A stretch of 37,451 nt of DNA from Candidatus Ancaeobacter aquaticus (GCA_030765405.1 JAVCCP010000022.1:1-37451), one strand, 5' to 3'. Counted from the stretch's first letter, positions 17,952 through 29,100 are shown. Translations and numbers: made by a program. The notes: generated by a model from the letters alone, not told the origin.

Positions 17952-18917
17952 CTACGAATCATTTGTCTCATTCTTAAGAAATAACTGTCTGTTTATTATG
18001 GTAAGCCATTTACTCCACTTTTGCCCTTCTTCACGAGGACCGCAAATAACATTCTTATACGCATTCACCTGCGAATCAAGGTTGTCACAATGATACACAA
18101 CGCATGCCTCTAATGTTTGCGGCAGAACAGGAGACCTTTGCACATATTCGCCTTGATGACTGAGAATAATATGCTGCAGATTCACTGCAATATCTTCTGG
18201 AAATCCATCTATAGCTTGTATATGCCCCATTATATAATCATTTCCCTGAATAATATGCCCTACGAGCCTCCCCTTATCAGTATAATCGAACGTAATATCA
18301 TAAGACAATTCAAAAACCTTACCACAATCATGGATAAATGCACCCGCCAAACACAGATCTCTGTCCACCTCAGAGTGCAGATCACACGTTGTATCACATA
18401 ACTGCATCACTTCATACGTATGTTCAAACAATCCACCGAAATAAGAATGATGCCACTTCCCGCCGCCGGGAGCCTTTTTAAAGTTACCCATAAATTCTTT
18501 ATTATCCTGAATGGATCTTATAAACTTTTTTATCCATGGGTTTTGAATTTTTTCCAGTAGACTCATCATACTTGTCTCAATTTTGCCAATATCTTCAACG
18601 GACCTCAAAAGATCACTAATGGAATATTCATCATCATTAATCATTTTTATATTCCTAAGAGTTAACTGCGGCCCGTTATAATTACCCACATCTCCCTCAA
18701 CCCATACAATATCACTCTGATCCAAAACTTCACGAGCGGGACTTACATTGTCCCATAGCACACTATTTATTGCGCCTGTTTTATCTGACAACGTTAATGC
18801 TACGTACGGTTCACCATTTTTTTTAGCTTTATACTCCTTCTTTGCAACCACAAAAACACTGGAGACTTTATCTCCAACCGCAATGTTTTTAACGAAATCG
18901 CTCTCAGCTTTTTTCAT
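17952..18917 (-). CDS. yhaM: OB-fold/HD-domain 3'-5' exoribonuclease, YhaM/Cbf1-like
   Basis: N-terminal OB fold (LTLSDKTG), HHSYFGGLFEH, IHDCGK, GRLVGHI, ILSHQG, HCDNLD. The start is placed at MKKA after RBS aaggtgg. Confidence 0.8.
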   Translation of the reverse strand: MKKAESDFVKNIAVGDKVSSVFVVAKKEYKAKKNGEPYVALTLSDKTGAINSVLWDNVSPAREVLDQSDIVWVEGDVGNYNGPQLTLRNIKMINDDEYSISDLLRSVEDIGKIETSMMSLLEKIQNPWIKKFIRSIQDNKEFMGNFKKAPGGGKWHHSYFGGLFEHTYEVMQLCDTTCDLHSEVDRDLCLAGAFIHDCGKVFELSYDITFDYTDKGRLVGHIIQGNDYIMGHIQAIDGFPEDIAVNLQHIILSHQGEYVQRSPVLPQTLEACVVYHCDNLDSQVNAYKNVICGPREEGQKWSKWLTIINRQLFLKNETNDS

Positions 18918-18933
18918 TATAACCACCTTATTA

Positions 18934-19788
18934 TTAACTTCCGCTCATTTTGTTTTTTAATCTCTTAAGAATTCGTTGTGCCGGCCCATCAACGCCATCT
19001 TTTGCCTTCAGCACTTTTTCCCACGTCGCATACGCACCACGATAATCACCGCATTTTTCATATGCATGTGCAAGCATGCGATCAACCCATAAGGGATGTT
19101 TATACCCAACAGCATTTTTAAAATAATACAGAGACTCTTTATAATCTTTTACCTTATAGTAATACAACCATCCTAACTCAAAATAGAGTTCATACGTCTT
19201 ATCATTATACTGCAAACCATCTTTTAAAAATAATATTCCTCGATCAACCCACTTCTGTCTTTCATGTTCCTTATCTGATTCACTGGGGCATTTTTTTACA
19301 AGCGGCTCATGCGGTATTGTCTTCAATCTCAGTGATGTCTCATGAGAACAACCTTCTCCACAGTTATCGTGCGCATGTAAATCAGATTTATTATCTTCTT
19401 CCCCCTCATGCGCAACTTTATGACTGACATTATACGCCATATGCCAGCCGCCAATAACCCATGGTTGTATAAACTGCGGTTGTAATCTCGTAATTAAATA
19501 ATACATAGGCACAAGCTTATACCATTGACTTGTATGCCAATAATGATCGCATTTCAACCATAAGAGGTCTGCCACCACACCCCTAAACCCTGAAACAAGC
19601 GCCGCAGATAAAAATCCCCCCAAAGGAACTTCATTTGAATAGACTTGTGTCAGTTTAAGCCCATAACCTTTATCTATTCTCTCATTCTCAAGGCTGTTAC
19701 CATATTGAGCGAGCACCTGATATGCGATTAGCATCGAAATAAAGACTATGATATAAATACGATATATATACAGTATACTTTTTATCAT
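18934..19788 (-). CDS. Membrane-anchored TPR-like hypothetical protein
   Basis: N-terminal TM helix, ADLLWLK..RLQPQF..GWHMAYN, and TPR-like LYFELGWLYYYKVKDY..A..YF. It is co-transcribed with the ABC genes. Confidence 0.6.
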   Translation of the reverse strand: MIKSILYIYRIYIIVFISMLIAYQVLAQYGNSLENERIDKGYGLKLTQVYSNEVPLGGFLSAALVSGFRGVVADLLWLKCDHYWHTSQWYKLVPMYYLITRLQPQFIQPWVIGGWHMAYNVSHKVAHEGEEDNKSDLHAHDNCGEGCSHETSLRLKTIPHEPLVKKCPSESDKEHERQKWVDRGILFLKDGLQYNDKTYELYFELGWLYYYKVKDYKESLYYFKNAVGYKHPLWVDRMLAHAYEKCGDYRGAYATWEKVLKAKDGVDGPAQRILKRLKNKMSGS

Positions 19789-19804
19789 AACCTTATTGTC
19801 GTTG

Positions 19805-20575
19805 TTATAAGTCTTTTTTACTAAAATGAATAGATGCTAAGGTCAATGTTATAGAAGAATATATAAGCGCATAGAGAACACTCTTCACAATATATATCCA
19901 CGGGACAGCGATACCAATCGCTATAGAATCTGATATATCAAATATAGCTAAATTCGGTATACAATGTGCCATCACAAGTAATGCTGATTTTGATAGAGCA
20001 AAATCAACATATCTTGTAATTATCTCACTGATATATACGGAAAGATGCCCCAGTATATAAAATATGATGCTGATAAGCACTGCCAGAACATGCGTCGTTG
20101 TAAGAATATTAAAAAATATTGAAAATGCCGTCACAATAGAAAATTTAAAAAATAAAAGAACTATTGGTTTTACAATAGTGAAATCGATCATCCCTTCTTT
20201 AGCATATAGAATTGCCATAAAGACAGGTATCATACAGACGAAGGTAACGCCCAGCGTAAACAAAACGCCAAGATATTTTGCGACAATATATTCGTACCGC
20301 CTAACCGGTTTTGAAAGTATCACATATAATGTATGCTTTTCCATTTCAAGAGACACAACAGATATCGGCAGGAATATTGAAACAACGATACCTATAATCG
20401 CGATAGAACCAAGCATAAAGTCTTTAAGAAGCTTTATTTCTTCGCCGTGAGTCATATACTTAAAAAAAGTCGCTGCGCATACGGAAAGCATCAGAAACAC
20501 AAACAAGGCAACAAGTACTTTATTTCGAATACACTCTAAAAATGTGTAATACGCTATGACAAGCATTCTCCTCAC
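19805..20575 (-). CDS. ABC transporter permease (ABC-2/NosY-like)
   Basis: About six TM helices and EMEKHTLYVILSKPVRRYEYIVAKYLG. Confidence 0.85.
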   Translation of the reverse strand: MRRMLVIAYYTFLECIRNKVLVALFVFLMLSVCAATFFKYMTHGEEIKLLKDFMLGSIAIIGIVVSIFLPISVVSLEMEKHTLYVILSKPVRRYEYIVAKYLGVLFTLGVTFVCMIPVFMAILYAKEGMIDFTIVKPIVLLFFKFSIVTAFSIFFNILTTTHVLAVLISIIFYILGHLSVYISEIITRYVDFALSKSALLVMAHCIPNLAIFDISDSIAIGIAVPWIYIVKSVLYALIYSSITLTLASIHFSKKDL

Positions 20576-21297
20576 TCTGCACCGCCTATTGTAGCAATGT
20601 AAAGATCTTCTAATGATTCTATGTCATTTGCATTAATTGTTCTCATTAATGCCCCTTGATTTAATATTGATACTGTATCACAGAGCTTTTGAGCATACAT
20701 AAGTTGATGTGACGAGAAAACTATTGTTACTCCATTATTCTTAAATGACTCTAACATTTTAACAAAATCCTTCAACCCGACAGGATCAAGCCCTATGGTA
20801 GGTTCATCAACAATGAGTAATGAAGGGTTATTAATAATTGATTGGGCAACGCCTAATCTTTGCAACATTCCTTTGGAGAATGTTTTTAATTTTCTTTCTC
20901 GGTATTTGTAAAGATCCACAGTATTTAAAACATCATTCACTCTCGTCTTTAATTTTTTTCCTGTAATCCCATACAAACGGCCAAAAAAATACAGAATTTC
21001 CTCAGGGGTAAGAAAATCATAATAATAGGTCAATTCAGGTAAATATCCAATCCTCGTTTTATGCGATGTTTTTGGCGTTTCACCAAAAAGCTTAATTGTG
21101 CCTTTATTTGGATACAAAAGCCCAAGTATAAGTTTTATAATAGTTGTTTTCCCGGACCCATTAGGGCCAACTAAACCGTAACACACACCTTCAGTAATTC
21201 TTATACTTATGTCATTAATTCCAACATGTCTCGAAAACATTTCAGAAGAATATATCTTCGTAACATTATTAAATTCAATTATAGATCCATCACTCAT
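20572..21297 (-). CDS. ABC transporter ATP-binding protein
   Basis: Walker A GPNGSGKT, signature FSKGMLQR, Walker B LLIVDEP, H-loop SSH. Confidence 0.93.
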   Translation of the reverse strand: MSDGSIIEFNNVTKIYSSEMFSRHVGINDISIRITEGVCYGLVGPNGSGKTTIIKLILGLLYPNKGTIKLFGETPKTSHKTRIGYLPELTYYYDFLTPEEILYFFGRLYGITGKKLKTRVNDVLNTVDLYKYRERKLKTFSKGMLQRLGVAQSIINNPSLLIVDEPTIGLDPVGLKDFVKMLESFKNNGVTIVFSSHQLMYAQKLCDTVSILNQGALMRTINANDIESLEDLYIATIGGAE

Positions 21298-21330
21298 TAT
21301 TTATCCCGTCATATCTCACGCAAACTAAAG

Positions 21331-21621
21331 TTAATACTCTACTCCAAAAGAACGATATTTGCCGGTAGCAGGAAAATATTCTATATCAGAAGATCTAATA
21401 TATCTTTCCAACTCACCCGTTTTTATTTTATGAAGAAATTGCTCTAAAATTTCCATATTTCCTTCAGCAACAACCTCTACTGAACCGTCTAAAAGATTTT
21501 TTACAAACCCCTTAATATTATAATCATACGATATGCGAACAACAGTAAATCGAAAACCTACGCCCTGCACTACACCGTGAAACAGTGCGCTAACCCGCTT
21601 ATTCTCTGCCACTACAATCAC
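21331..21621 (-). CDS. acyP: Acylphosphatase
   Basis: GVVQGVGFR and GFVKNLLDGSVEVVAEG. The true start may be the GTG at 21612. Confidence 0.92.
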   Translation of the reverse strand: MIVVAENKRVSALFHGVVQGVGFRFTVVRISYDYNIKGFVKNLLDGSVEVVAEGNMEILEQFLHKIKTGELERYIRSSDIEYFPATGKYRSFGVEY

Positions 21622-21704
21622 CTTATTTTTAATAATAACACCGCGACATATTACTTTAGATTATACTATGCATTAAAACATAAGTCTATGGATCTTTTGT
21701 GAGC

Positions 21705-21728
21705 AAAAATCGTAATTCGGTCATTACG
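21705..21728 (-). terminator. Possible intrinsic terminator downstream of the giant genes
   Basis: Minus strand cgtaat-gaccga-attacg followed by attttt. The stem is AT-rich and weak. Confidence 0.35.
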
Positions 21729-21832
21729 GGGAGCACAGCGTTCACGTGACCACGTTGTCGCGTGGTACATGACTCATGTGGCACGACAATCTCAATATAA
21801 GCACTTAAAAGTCAACGTTCATCATTTTTTCA

Positions 21833-24800
21833 TTATGCAGCCAAATCTACTTCAACAGCTGTTTCTTCTTCCAATGACTTCTCTTTAATTCCATCCTCTA
21901 ATAACAATTCTACGTACATGCCCCGCAATCTTTCGTCACTATTTAGTATGTTTAATATTCTGTCAAATTGCGCTTTATAACCGGCAGATCTAAGCATTTT
22001 TCCAAATACTATTATTTGATCTCTATCTGTTTTATACATTCTTCTGAATGTATTTAACAAAATTTCTCTAGATAAAGAACTCAAAACCAGTATCAAATCA
22101 TTGTATCGCTGCATATTACCTTTAATAAGTTCTCGCCTTCCGAGAAATGAATTTCCAATAGAATAATCTTCATCCAGACCATTAATCAAAGTTTGAGTAA
22201 TCATTACAGCCTTATTAACATCAATTTTCCAGACTTCGTCGATAAGATGGCCAACCATTGGATGTAGTTCCTGCTCATAATATTCTGTTTTTGTTATACG
22301 ATCATGGATCCATTCTCTCCATAATGATCCCCACAAAAACTCCATATTTCTTGATCCCGTCAAACCTAAAATCATATCTATTACTATATTTAAATCCAAC
22401 TCCTTGAATATATATGCTGTTTCTTCCACTGTAATATTCTTCGCAGGTATTATTTTGAACGTTAACTGCGGCACAATCATAACAACAATATCTTCACTCA
22501 TACCGTTGAGAATATCAGCAAATAATTTATAATCCTTAGTTATCAAATCCTCGAGAATTTCAGGATAACTAAACTGTGCTGCCTTTATCTGGTCTTCTAA
22601 TGGCATATACCTGAATAAATCGATTAAATTTTCGCGAGCAATCAGATCTAACTCTGTAAGCTGTCCAAGAATTGATAAAACCAGCTGCATTGGATCAAGC
22701 AACGATTTATCCTGTCTATCTGTAAGTTTTTTAAACATTTCAATTATTTTATCGTCACCTTGTAATTTAAGTAATAAACTAACGGCTTTTGAAGGATCTA
22801 ATGCTAGTTTTACAACCAATTCACTTAACAATCCGATTTCTTTTTTATATTTTTCATGTTTTATTTTATTTTTTTCTAGCGTACGTCCGAACAAATCAGT
22901 GCTAATTTGATAGATTGCCTCACCATAGCTCACACTTGACCTCAATTGTTTTACTTCACTTTGATCAAGGTTATATTTTACTGAGACACTATCCACCAAT
23001 GCATTCAATACATTATGGTTTTCCGGACACGAAAGACTATAATCTTTTCTCATAGCTTCATAAATGTCTTTACAGGCTTTATACATAGGGCGATCCATTC
23101 CCTTTATCTCTAACTCCTTAAGATTTAAGCACGTCCATATCCATGGTGATTGATCCAATTTATAAAGCCCTCTTTTAACATAGACTACAAAATTTACTGC
23201 CTTTGGCAGTCCCATTGAAATTTCTATTTCGGCATCTGTCGCTGGACGCTGTACTTCCTTTGGAATATATTTATACACATCAGATTTTAGATAGTTTTTA
23301 ACTTCCTCTCTAATATCTCTTCCTCTAAATGTAATTGGCATAATTAGCTGAGGACTCTGATCACCGTCAACATATTCCTTTAAAAGCTGATTCCCTTTTA
23401 CTTCTCCAATAGCATCAAGCACACCATCGCATATATCCGTCATTTCAGCGCTGTTTTGCAACGTGGGAAACATTTCTTCAAGCTCCTGCATTCTTCCACA
23501 TATAATTGCGATAAGGCGAGCCAAGTTTGCATCCGGCATGATATTTCCTATATCATTTATTTTACCCTTACCGTCTTTCCATGTAGTGTTGTAGGGATTA
23601 ACATCATTATTTGCCAGCTTACGCGCGCTTTTCTCAAACAGACTAAATTGTATTTCAACATGTTTTCTTACTATGTCCTTCCAAAATCTTCTAAATTCTT
23701 CCGGGGGCAATTTTGAATGTTTCTTTACATATTCATGCATAGTTACGCCATCAAGAAGTTCCTCAGTCCAAATACAGATATCATCTTGTTTTCTCTCACA
23801 CCCTAAAGTCTCTACATTAGGATTTCCTATCAATTTCAGATACATCTTCTCCTTCTCAATACATCCTTCTTTGAATCCATCCTTATATATTTCTCCGGTA
23901 AATATCCTTGGATTGATGACATTTATTAAGAATTTATAGCTCTTACCATCTTTAGTTTCCACTCGCGCTAAATAGTTATTTTTTTGTGTTCCCCGGGCAA
24001 AATAACTTATATACACTTTTTGGATATCCTCTTCTTTTACCAAGACACCATTTATAACAAACAGCGCTTCCCTAACAAAAAGTGAATCCTCTAAAACTTT
24101 TAGAACAGTTCGCTTAACAAATTTTGAAGCTTTTACGTCTTCAATAATTTCTTTACGAGCACTTTTATCATTCACATACCCATGTTGTTTTCTTACGCTT
24201 TTTATAAGTTTTTCATCATCACTTTTTTTATTTATGGGATCATTACTAACAGTAATATACTCATTTTTTCTCTTCCAATTTCTTTTTGTGACCTTGCTTT
24301 CACCTAAGTAATCACATAGATTATTCCTGATATTTTCTATTGATCGTGCGGCAAGTTTGCTCATCTTTCTAGCCACACTTTGCTGGACGTTTTTTTCTTC
24401 ATCGTATTTTTGCCGATCATCAGAATCCAAGCCCCAGGCAGCACTATCAGAATACAAATACCACCAAACCAACTCTGATCTAATTTCCCTGTACAAATCA
24501 GGGCTGGACACCCTTACATTTCCAAGCAGCATAATTTTAAAGCTTACATCATCATATAGTTCTTTACTGAATACTATTTCTTTTTTTTCTCTTACTCGTC
24601 TTAAATAATCAACTATAGCCCTTCCAAAGAAGGGATTTCTTATCATCGGCAATGACCTGTTGCTTGATAAAAGAAGCAGTGCTCTGGCAGCATGCGATTT
24701 TAGCTTCATATCAAAATCTGAACTTGCCAGTATTTCTTCCAGTTTTATTCTAATTTCATTACCGCCCACGATAGTCATTTCCGGAATTACTTCATCAAGA

Positions 24801-26032
24801 ATTGCACTATCCAGATCAACATCTACAATGCCTCCAAATTCCTGCTTTTTCAAATCGATTGATGAAAATATATCAGGTAAATATCCATCCCTAAAACATA
24901 TAAGTGGTTGTTCAAAAACATCCTCGAGAATATCCGCAACCTTAATAGGTTCGTCAAAGATCATATCTATGTTATTATAATCATAGTCTTCTATAGCCTT
25001 CTTGAAATCAATTATTACTTCTGTCTCGTCAACTTCTACAGAATTCTCTAAAAGCGCATTAATTCTCCAACTCAGCCTTGGATTAACAGACTCATCCGTT
25101 GCAAGCAAATAAGCTGCCCTTATCCTCTCTTTAACACCTTTATCTACAGAATCAAGAAAATTCAAATAAGGTTTTGTGTTATATTTTTTATTTGCTAACA
25201 AAGATAATGTTCTCCTTACTTCTCCTTTGTTTCCCTCGTTCATCCTTTCAAAAACATCCAAATCAGCAAGAAGCACGGCCATTTCTCTTATAAGCGGATC
25301 ATACACATGTCCCGTTAATTCTTCATGAAGCTGTGGATGGTTAAACTCATGGTTCATAGCAAGCGTCATAAATGGATAAATATCCACATCCGGCAAATCA
25401 AATATAACCTTATCTATGACTATTTCATATATACCGGCTTCGTCTCTATCAATACCTGCAAGATTAAAAACATTTTCAGAAATTCTAAAACGTACTTCTT
25501 TAAGAAATTCCTTATATACGCTTTGGGCCCTCATGGACAAAACTCTGAACAACGTTTTTATAAGGCTTTTTATTCTTTCATTTAAGAAACCCCGCTCAAG
25601 TTCTTTTTCAATTACCATCTCACCTTTCTCACCCAACCTTATAACTACTACATCTTTTTGCATCACCAATTCAACTTTTTCAATAAAATCAATATAACCT
25701 TTTTTTCTTATAGGAATACTTTCCATGCCAACATCGATATCTCCCTCGACAAATTGTTTGAACAAAATATTGTCTGGGGCTGTTGATGATCCCGCTTTTT
25801 TTGCCAGAAAAGAAAAAAGCCTGTTGAATAGATCCATGAATTTATCTTTAGATAAATTATTAAAGATAGATTGCGGCGCGAGAACATATTTAGATTCTGA
25901 GACTTTTGATGAAGGTGTAAAATAGTCAGCATATACAATAAGCGGGATTTGAAGCAGTAAACATAGCATAACACAGTACGCTACACATTTTATACAGAAT
26001 GTATTCTTATATAACCTAACAAACAATAACAC
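21833..26032 (-). CDS. Giant (1399 aa) putatively exported multidomain protein: signal-like N-terminus, HExxH motif, kinase-like domain, helical C-terminus
   Basis: GTG start with RBS ggagg. Hydrophobic N-terminus ending VYA-DYFTPSS, HEFNH at 25337..25351, and kinase-like motifs WTEELLDG / NNDVNPYN / INDIG. Confidence 0.75.
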   Translation of the reverse strand: MLLFVRLYKNTFCIKCVAYCVMLCLLLQIPLIVYADYFTPSSKVSESKYVLAPQSIFNNLSKDKFMDLFNRLFSFLAKKAGSSTAPDNILFKQFVEGDIDVGMESIPIRKKGYIDFIEKVELVMQKDVVVIRLGEKGEMVIEKELERGFLNERIKSLIKTLFRVLSMRAQSVYKEFLKEVRFRISENVFNLAGIDRDEAGIYEIVIDKVIFDLPDVDIYPFMTLAMNHEFNHPQLHEELTGHVYDPLIREMAVLLADLDVFERMNEGNKGEVRRTLSLLANKKYNTKPYLNFLDSVDKGVKERIRAAYLLATDESVNPRLSWRINALLENSVEVDETEVIIDFKKAIEDYDYNNIDMIFDEPIKVADILEDVFEQPLICFRDGYLPDIFSSIDLKKQEFGGIVDVDLDSAILDEVIPEMTIVGGNEIRIKLEEILASSDFDMKLKSHAARALLLLSSNRSLPMIRNPFFGRAIVDYLRRVREKKEIVFSKELYDDVSFKIMLLGNVRVSSPDLYREIRSELVWWYLYSDSAAWGLDSDDRQKYDEEKNVQQSVARKMSKLAARSIENIRNNLCDYLGESKVTKRNWKRKNEYITVSNDPINKKSDDEKLIKSVRKQHGYVNDKSARKEIIEDVKASKFVKRTVLKVLEDSLFVREALFVINGVLVKEEDIQKVYISYFARGTQKNNYLARVETKDGKSYKFLINVINPRIFTGEIYKDGFKEGCIEKEKMYLKLIGNPNVETLGCERKQDDICIWTEELLDGVTMHEYVKKHSKLPPEEFRRFWKDIVRKHVEIQFSLFEKSARKLANNDVNPYNTTWKDGKGKINDIGNIMPDANLARLIAIICGRMQELEEMFPTLQNSAEMTDICDGVLDAIGEVKGNQLLKEYVDGDQSPQLIMPITFRGRDIREEVKNYLKSDVYKYIPKEVQRPATDAEIEISMGLPKAVNFVVYVKRGLYKLDQSPWIWTCLNLKELEIKGMDRPMYKACKDIYEAMRKDYSLSCPENHNVLNALVDSVSVKYNLDQSEVKQLRSSVSYGEAIYQISTDLFGRTLEKNKIKHEKYKKEIGLLSELVVKLALDPSKAVSLLLKLQGDDKIIEMFKKLTDRQDKSLLDPMQLVLSILGQLTELDLIARENLIDLFRYMPLEDQIKAAQFSYPEILEDLITKDYKLFADILNGMSEDIVVMIVPQLTFKIIPAKNITVEETAYIFKELDLNIVIDMILGLTGSRNMEFLWGSLWREWIHDRITKTEYYEQELHPMVGHLIDEVWKIDVNKAVMITQTLINGLDEDYSIGNSFLGRRELIKGNMQRYNDLILVLSSLSREILLNTFRRMYKTDRDQIIVFGKMLRSAGYKAQFDRILNILNSDERLRGMYVELLLEDGIKEKSLEEETAVEVDLAA

Positions 26033-26122
26033 AGCGTCCTCCTTTTTGGAAAGCGCACAATCTTTTTAAACTAACTCATTGCATATAAATACTTTAACTA
26101 TATACAGCCTACATATGTTACA

Positions 26123-29100
26123 TTATGCAGCGTTTCCTGTAAGAATTTTTGATATGGGAACAGGTGTTATAACCCTTGGAAGTTCTGCCGGCTTTGTTAA
26201 TAATTTAAGTATCTCTTCTACAGAGACATTGCCTTTCCCAATCTCTATAGCGACTTTTTTTGCCATTTCTTTTTCTGGCATATCTTTAGAAAATATTCCA
26301 AGCGGCTTTAGCCCCTCAAAAACATCCGCATTCCCAAAATCTATTGCTTTTTCCGTGCTCATTATTTCCCTTCCATGTGCGGTACATTTTCTAATTACCT
26401 TGTCTATAGACAGTTTTTTACATCCAAGATCCAACTGTATCTTTTTGGCAATTTCATCTTTAGTCATTTCTGTTTTTCCATGTAACAAAAGACTGCTGAG
26501 TGCATCCAAAAATACAGGGTTATTTGCTGAGATATTATGATCTTTTAATATTGAAGAACCTCTTTTTCTAATTATCTCTTTTAATTTTAATAGAAAACCA
26601 CTATCTTTTCCAACCTCAATAGCCGCTATACGGTCAGGATCATCTATTTTGTATTTAGCATACATTGATAATTTAGGAATTATTAACGGTTTTATGGTCT
26701 CTTTTACATCAATTTCATGCAGCTCTAATCCTGCTTTTGATATCCGCTCTTTTCCTGAACTCTCTAAATTCTCTATAATATCAATTATTTTTATCTTTTC
26801 GGACCCTAATAAAACATAAAGAGCTATACGATCATCCAAAGATTTAAGTTCTGCAGAATCCCATCGAAGCTCGTTTGCGGCCCTAAAAATAGCTTCCATA
26901 TTATCAGGTATTATTTCAATATCGTCATCATGTAGTATTTTCCATCCTCGACCGCTAAAAACGATATTGGCAACTTCATCAATATCAAGCAGTCCAAAAT
27001 GCATGGCTAAACAGCATTCCTGCAAAAGATTTGCTCTTCTGAAACCCCAATTCATCATATTGTAAAACTTAAGAGATGAAGCTATTTCGTCATCTGTCAA
27101 CATCACTTGCGAATATGATTCGGCGGTAATTCTATGCCTCAATTGATCAAGCTTAGATTGGTATATTTCCTCAAGACCCTCATCTGAAACACCCTCTAGG
27201 AGCACCATTACCGCGACCCTAGACTGCAAATTGGTTGCAGGTAATGATTTATAAGCCATTTTCTTGGTTCCTTTCCCGCTTTCAATATATGGAATAATTT
27301 TATTCAACTGCCTTTGTAGCGCAAAACTAGGTTCTCCTTCTTGTATCTCTACCACATCACCTGTTACCAACTTTTCAGAAAAATTCGTTATTAATTTACC
27401 GTTTATAAGAATTCTTGACGGTTTAAGTATGTAATTTTTAAATATTCTAATATCTCTTCTGGTAAGAATATCAATAATCTTGGGCCTCGTATCGTTCTTA
27501 TCTGACACATTTTTTGGAACACCATGAATAAACTCAATAATAATATACTTTCCTTGTTTCATTTTCTTTTTATATCTAAATCTAACAAATTCACTATTGG
27601 CGATTTGCGGTTCACTATTTATCCTGAGGATGCGTGTTTTAAGATCTGTGGTAGAGTCATAAACTACGTTAGCTGCATCTAAATCATATCCCAGTTTTCT
27701 GAGCTTGTAAAATGCATGCAACATAGTGCCGGTAAATCCCTTTCTATGCATGTCGGGTGTCTGCATTTGCAGCTCAACCGGTAACTTTTTCCCTGCTAAT
27801 CTCGCCTGAGCAAATCTTTCCAAAGCGCTTTTTACAATACTTGGCGATTTATATTCACCGATTACCTGCTGCATTATTTTTTCATCTATTAAGTCTTGAA
27901 GTGCCGGCAAATTACCGGAAACTTTTCTAGCAACAGCGGTTGAATAAAACTTCTCCCCGGGTGATATTCTTTGAAGAAACGGCAATTTCCTTAAAAGAAT
28001 AAGATCCTCTTCATTTTTTACAACAATTGTTCCGCGCAGGAGATCCTGTAGATCGGCAATACCTTCTAATGAGTTTTTGTATGATCGGCCGCGATCTTCA
28101 GCATAATATTTTATCTTTTCATCAATACTGCTCGGATCTTTAACACAAAAAGTCACTTCTGCATCAATCTTTTTGTCCAACTTTACCTCTAACTCTTTTA
28201 TTTCATTTTTAATCTGCGCGTTAAATATATCCGCAAACACAGAAAGATCTTTATAATGCACACCAAATGTTATATTTATCTGCCGCAAAATAGCTCTATA
28301 CTGTTTTTTATGGACATTACGCCAGGATAGATTTTTCATAGTATTTGAAAAATGTGTTAACCCAAGCTGTTCTGAAAGTATGGAATATATATTTATCAAA
28401 AGGTTATAGCGGTTATAAAAATCAGCTCCCATTTCTTCTCTTGCTGAAAGAAATTGATTTATCCGATATGCCATTAATAGCAACAATGGCTCAACTGTAT
28501 CCCCAACATATTTAGTTAAGTAATTTTTGAAATTTTGCATGTATATCTCTTTTACTTTTATTCTTTTTCTTAATGGCGGCATAAATTCCAGACTATTCAA
28601 TTCTTGAAAAGTTTTTATCCATCTCCACACTATATCTGGTATCTTTTTTATTTTGCGCGTTTTAACTTTATTCCTATCTATAGCAAATAGCAACGCGGCC
28701 ACTGTTACCTCATGACCTACTTTAACATCTACAGGTTCTGTAACAATTATTGCAAGATTCAACGCATCATCTATAAGAAAACCACCATCCTTCTTTTCTT
28801 TATTACCATACTGAGCATTCGCTATTTCAAATGCTGCCTGTATGCTTTCTTTAGCTTCCGGGTCATCGAACTTTTTAATTAAGGATGATACGACATACGT
28901 CCTCATACCATTTCTAAGATTAACATCCTTCAAACCATCTCGATAAACCAAAATAGTATTTCCTTTGAATGATGCCCTGTCTTTCTTGCTCATTACCGCA
29001 TACCTTGCCCACCCAATATCCAACAACTCACCAATAACGCTTTTTGATACATATTTAAATGTTTTTGGAGTTATGTACGCTTTAGCTATCAGATTTTTTT

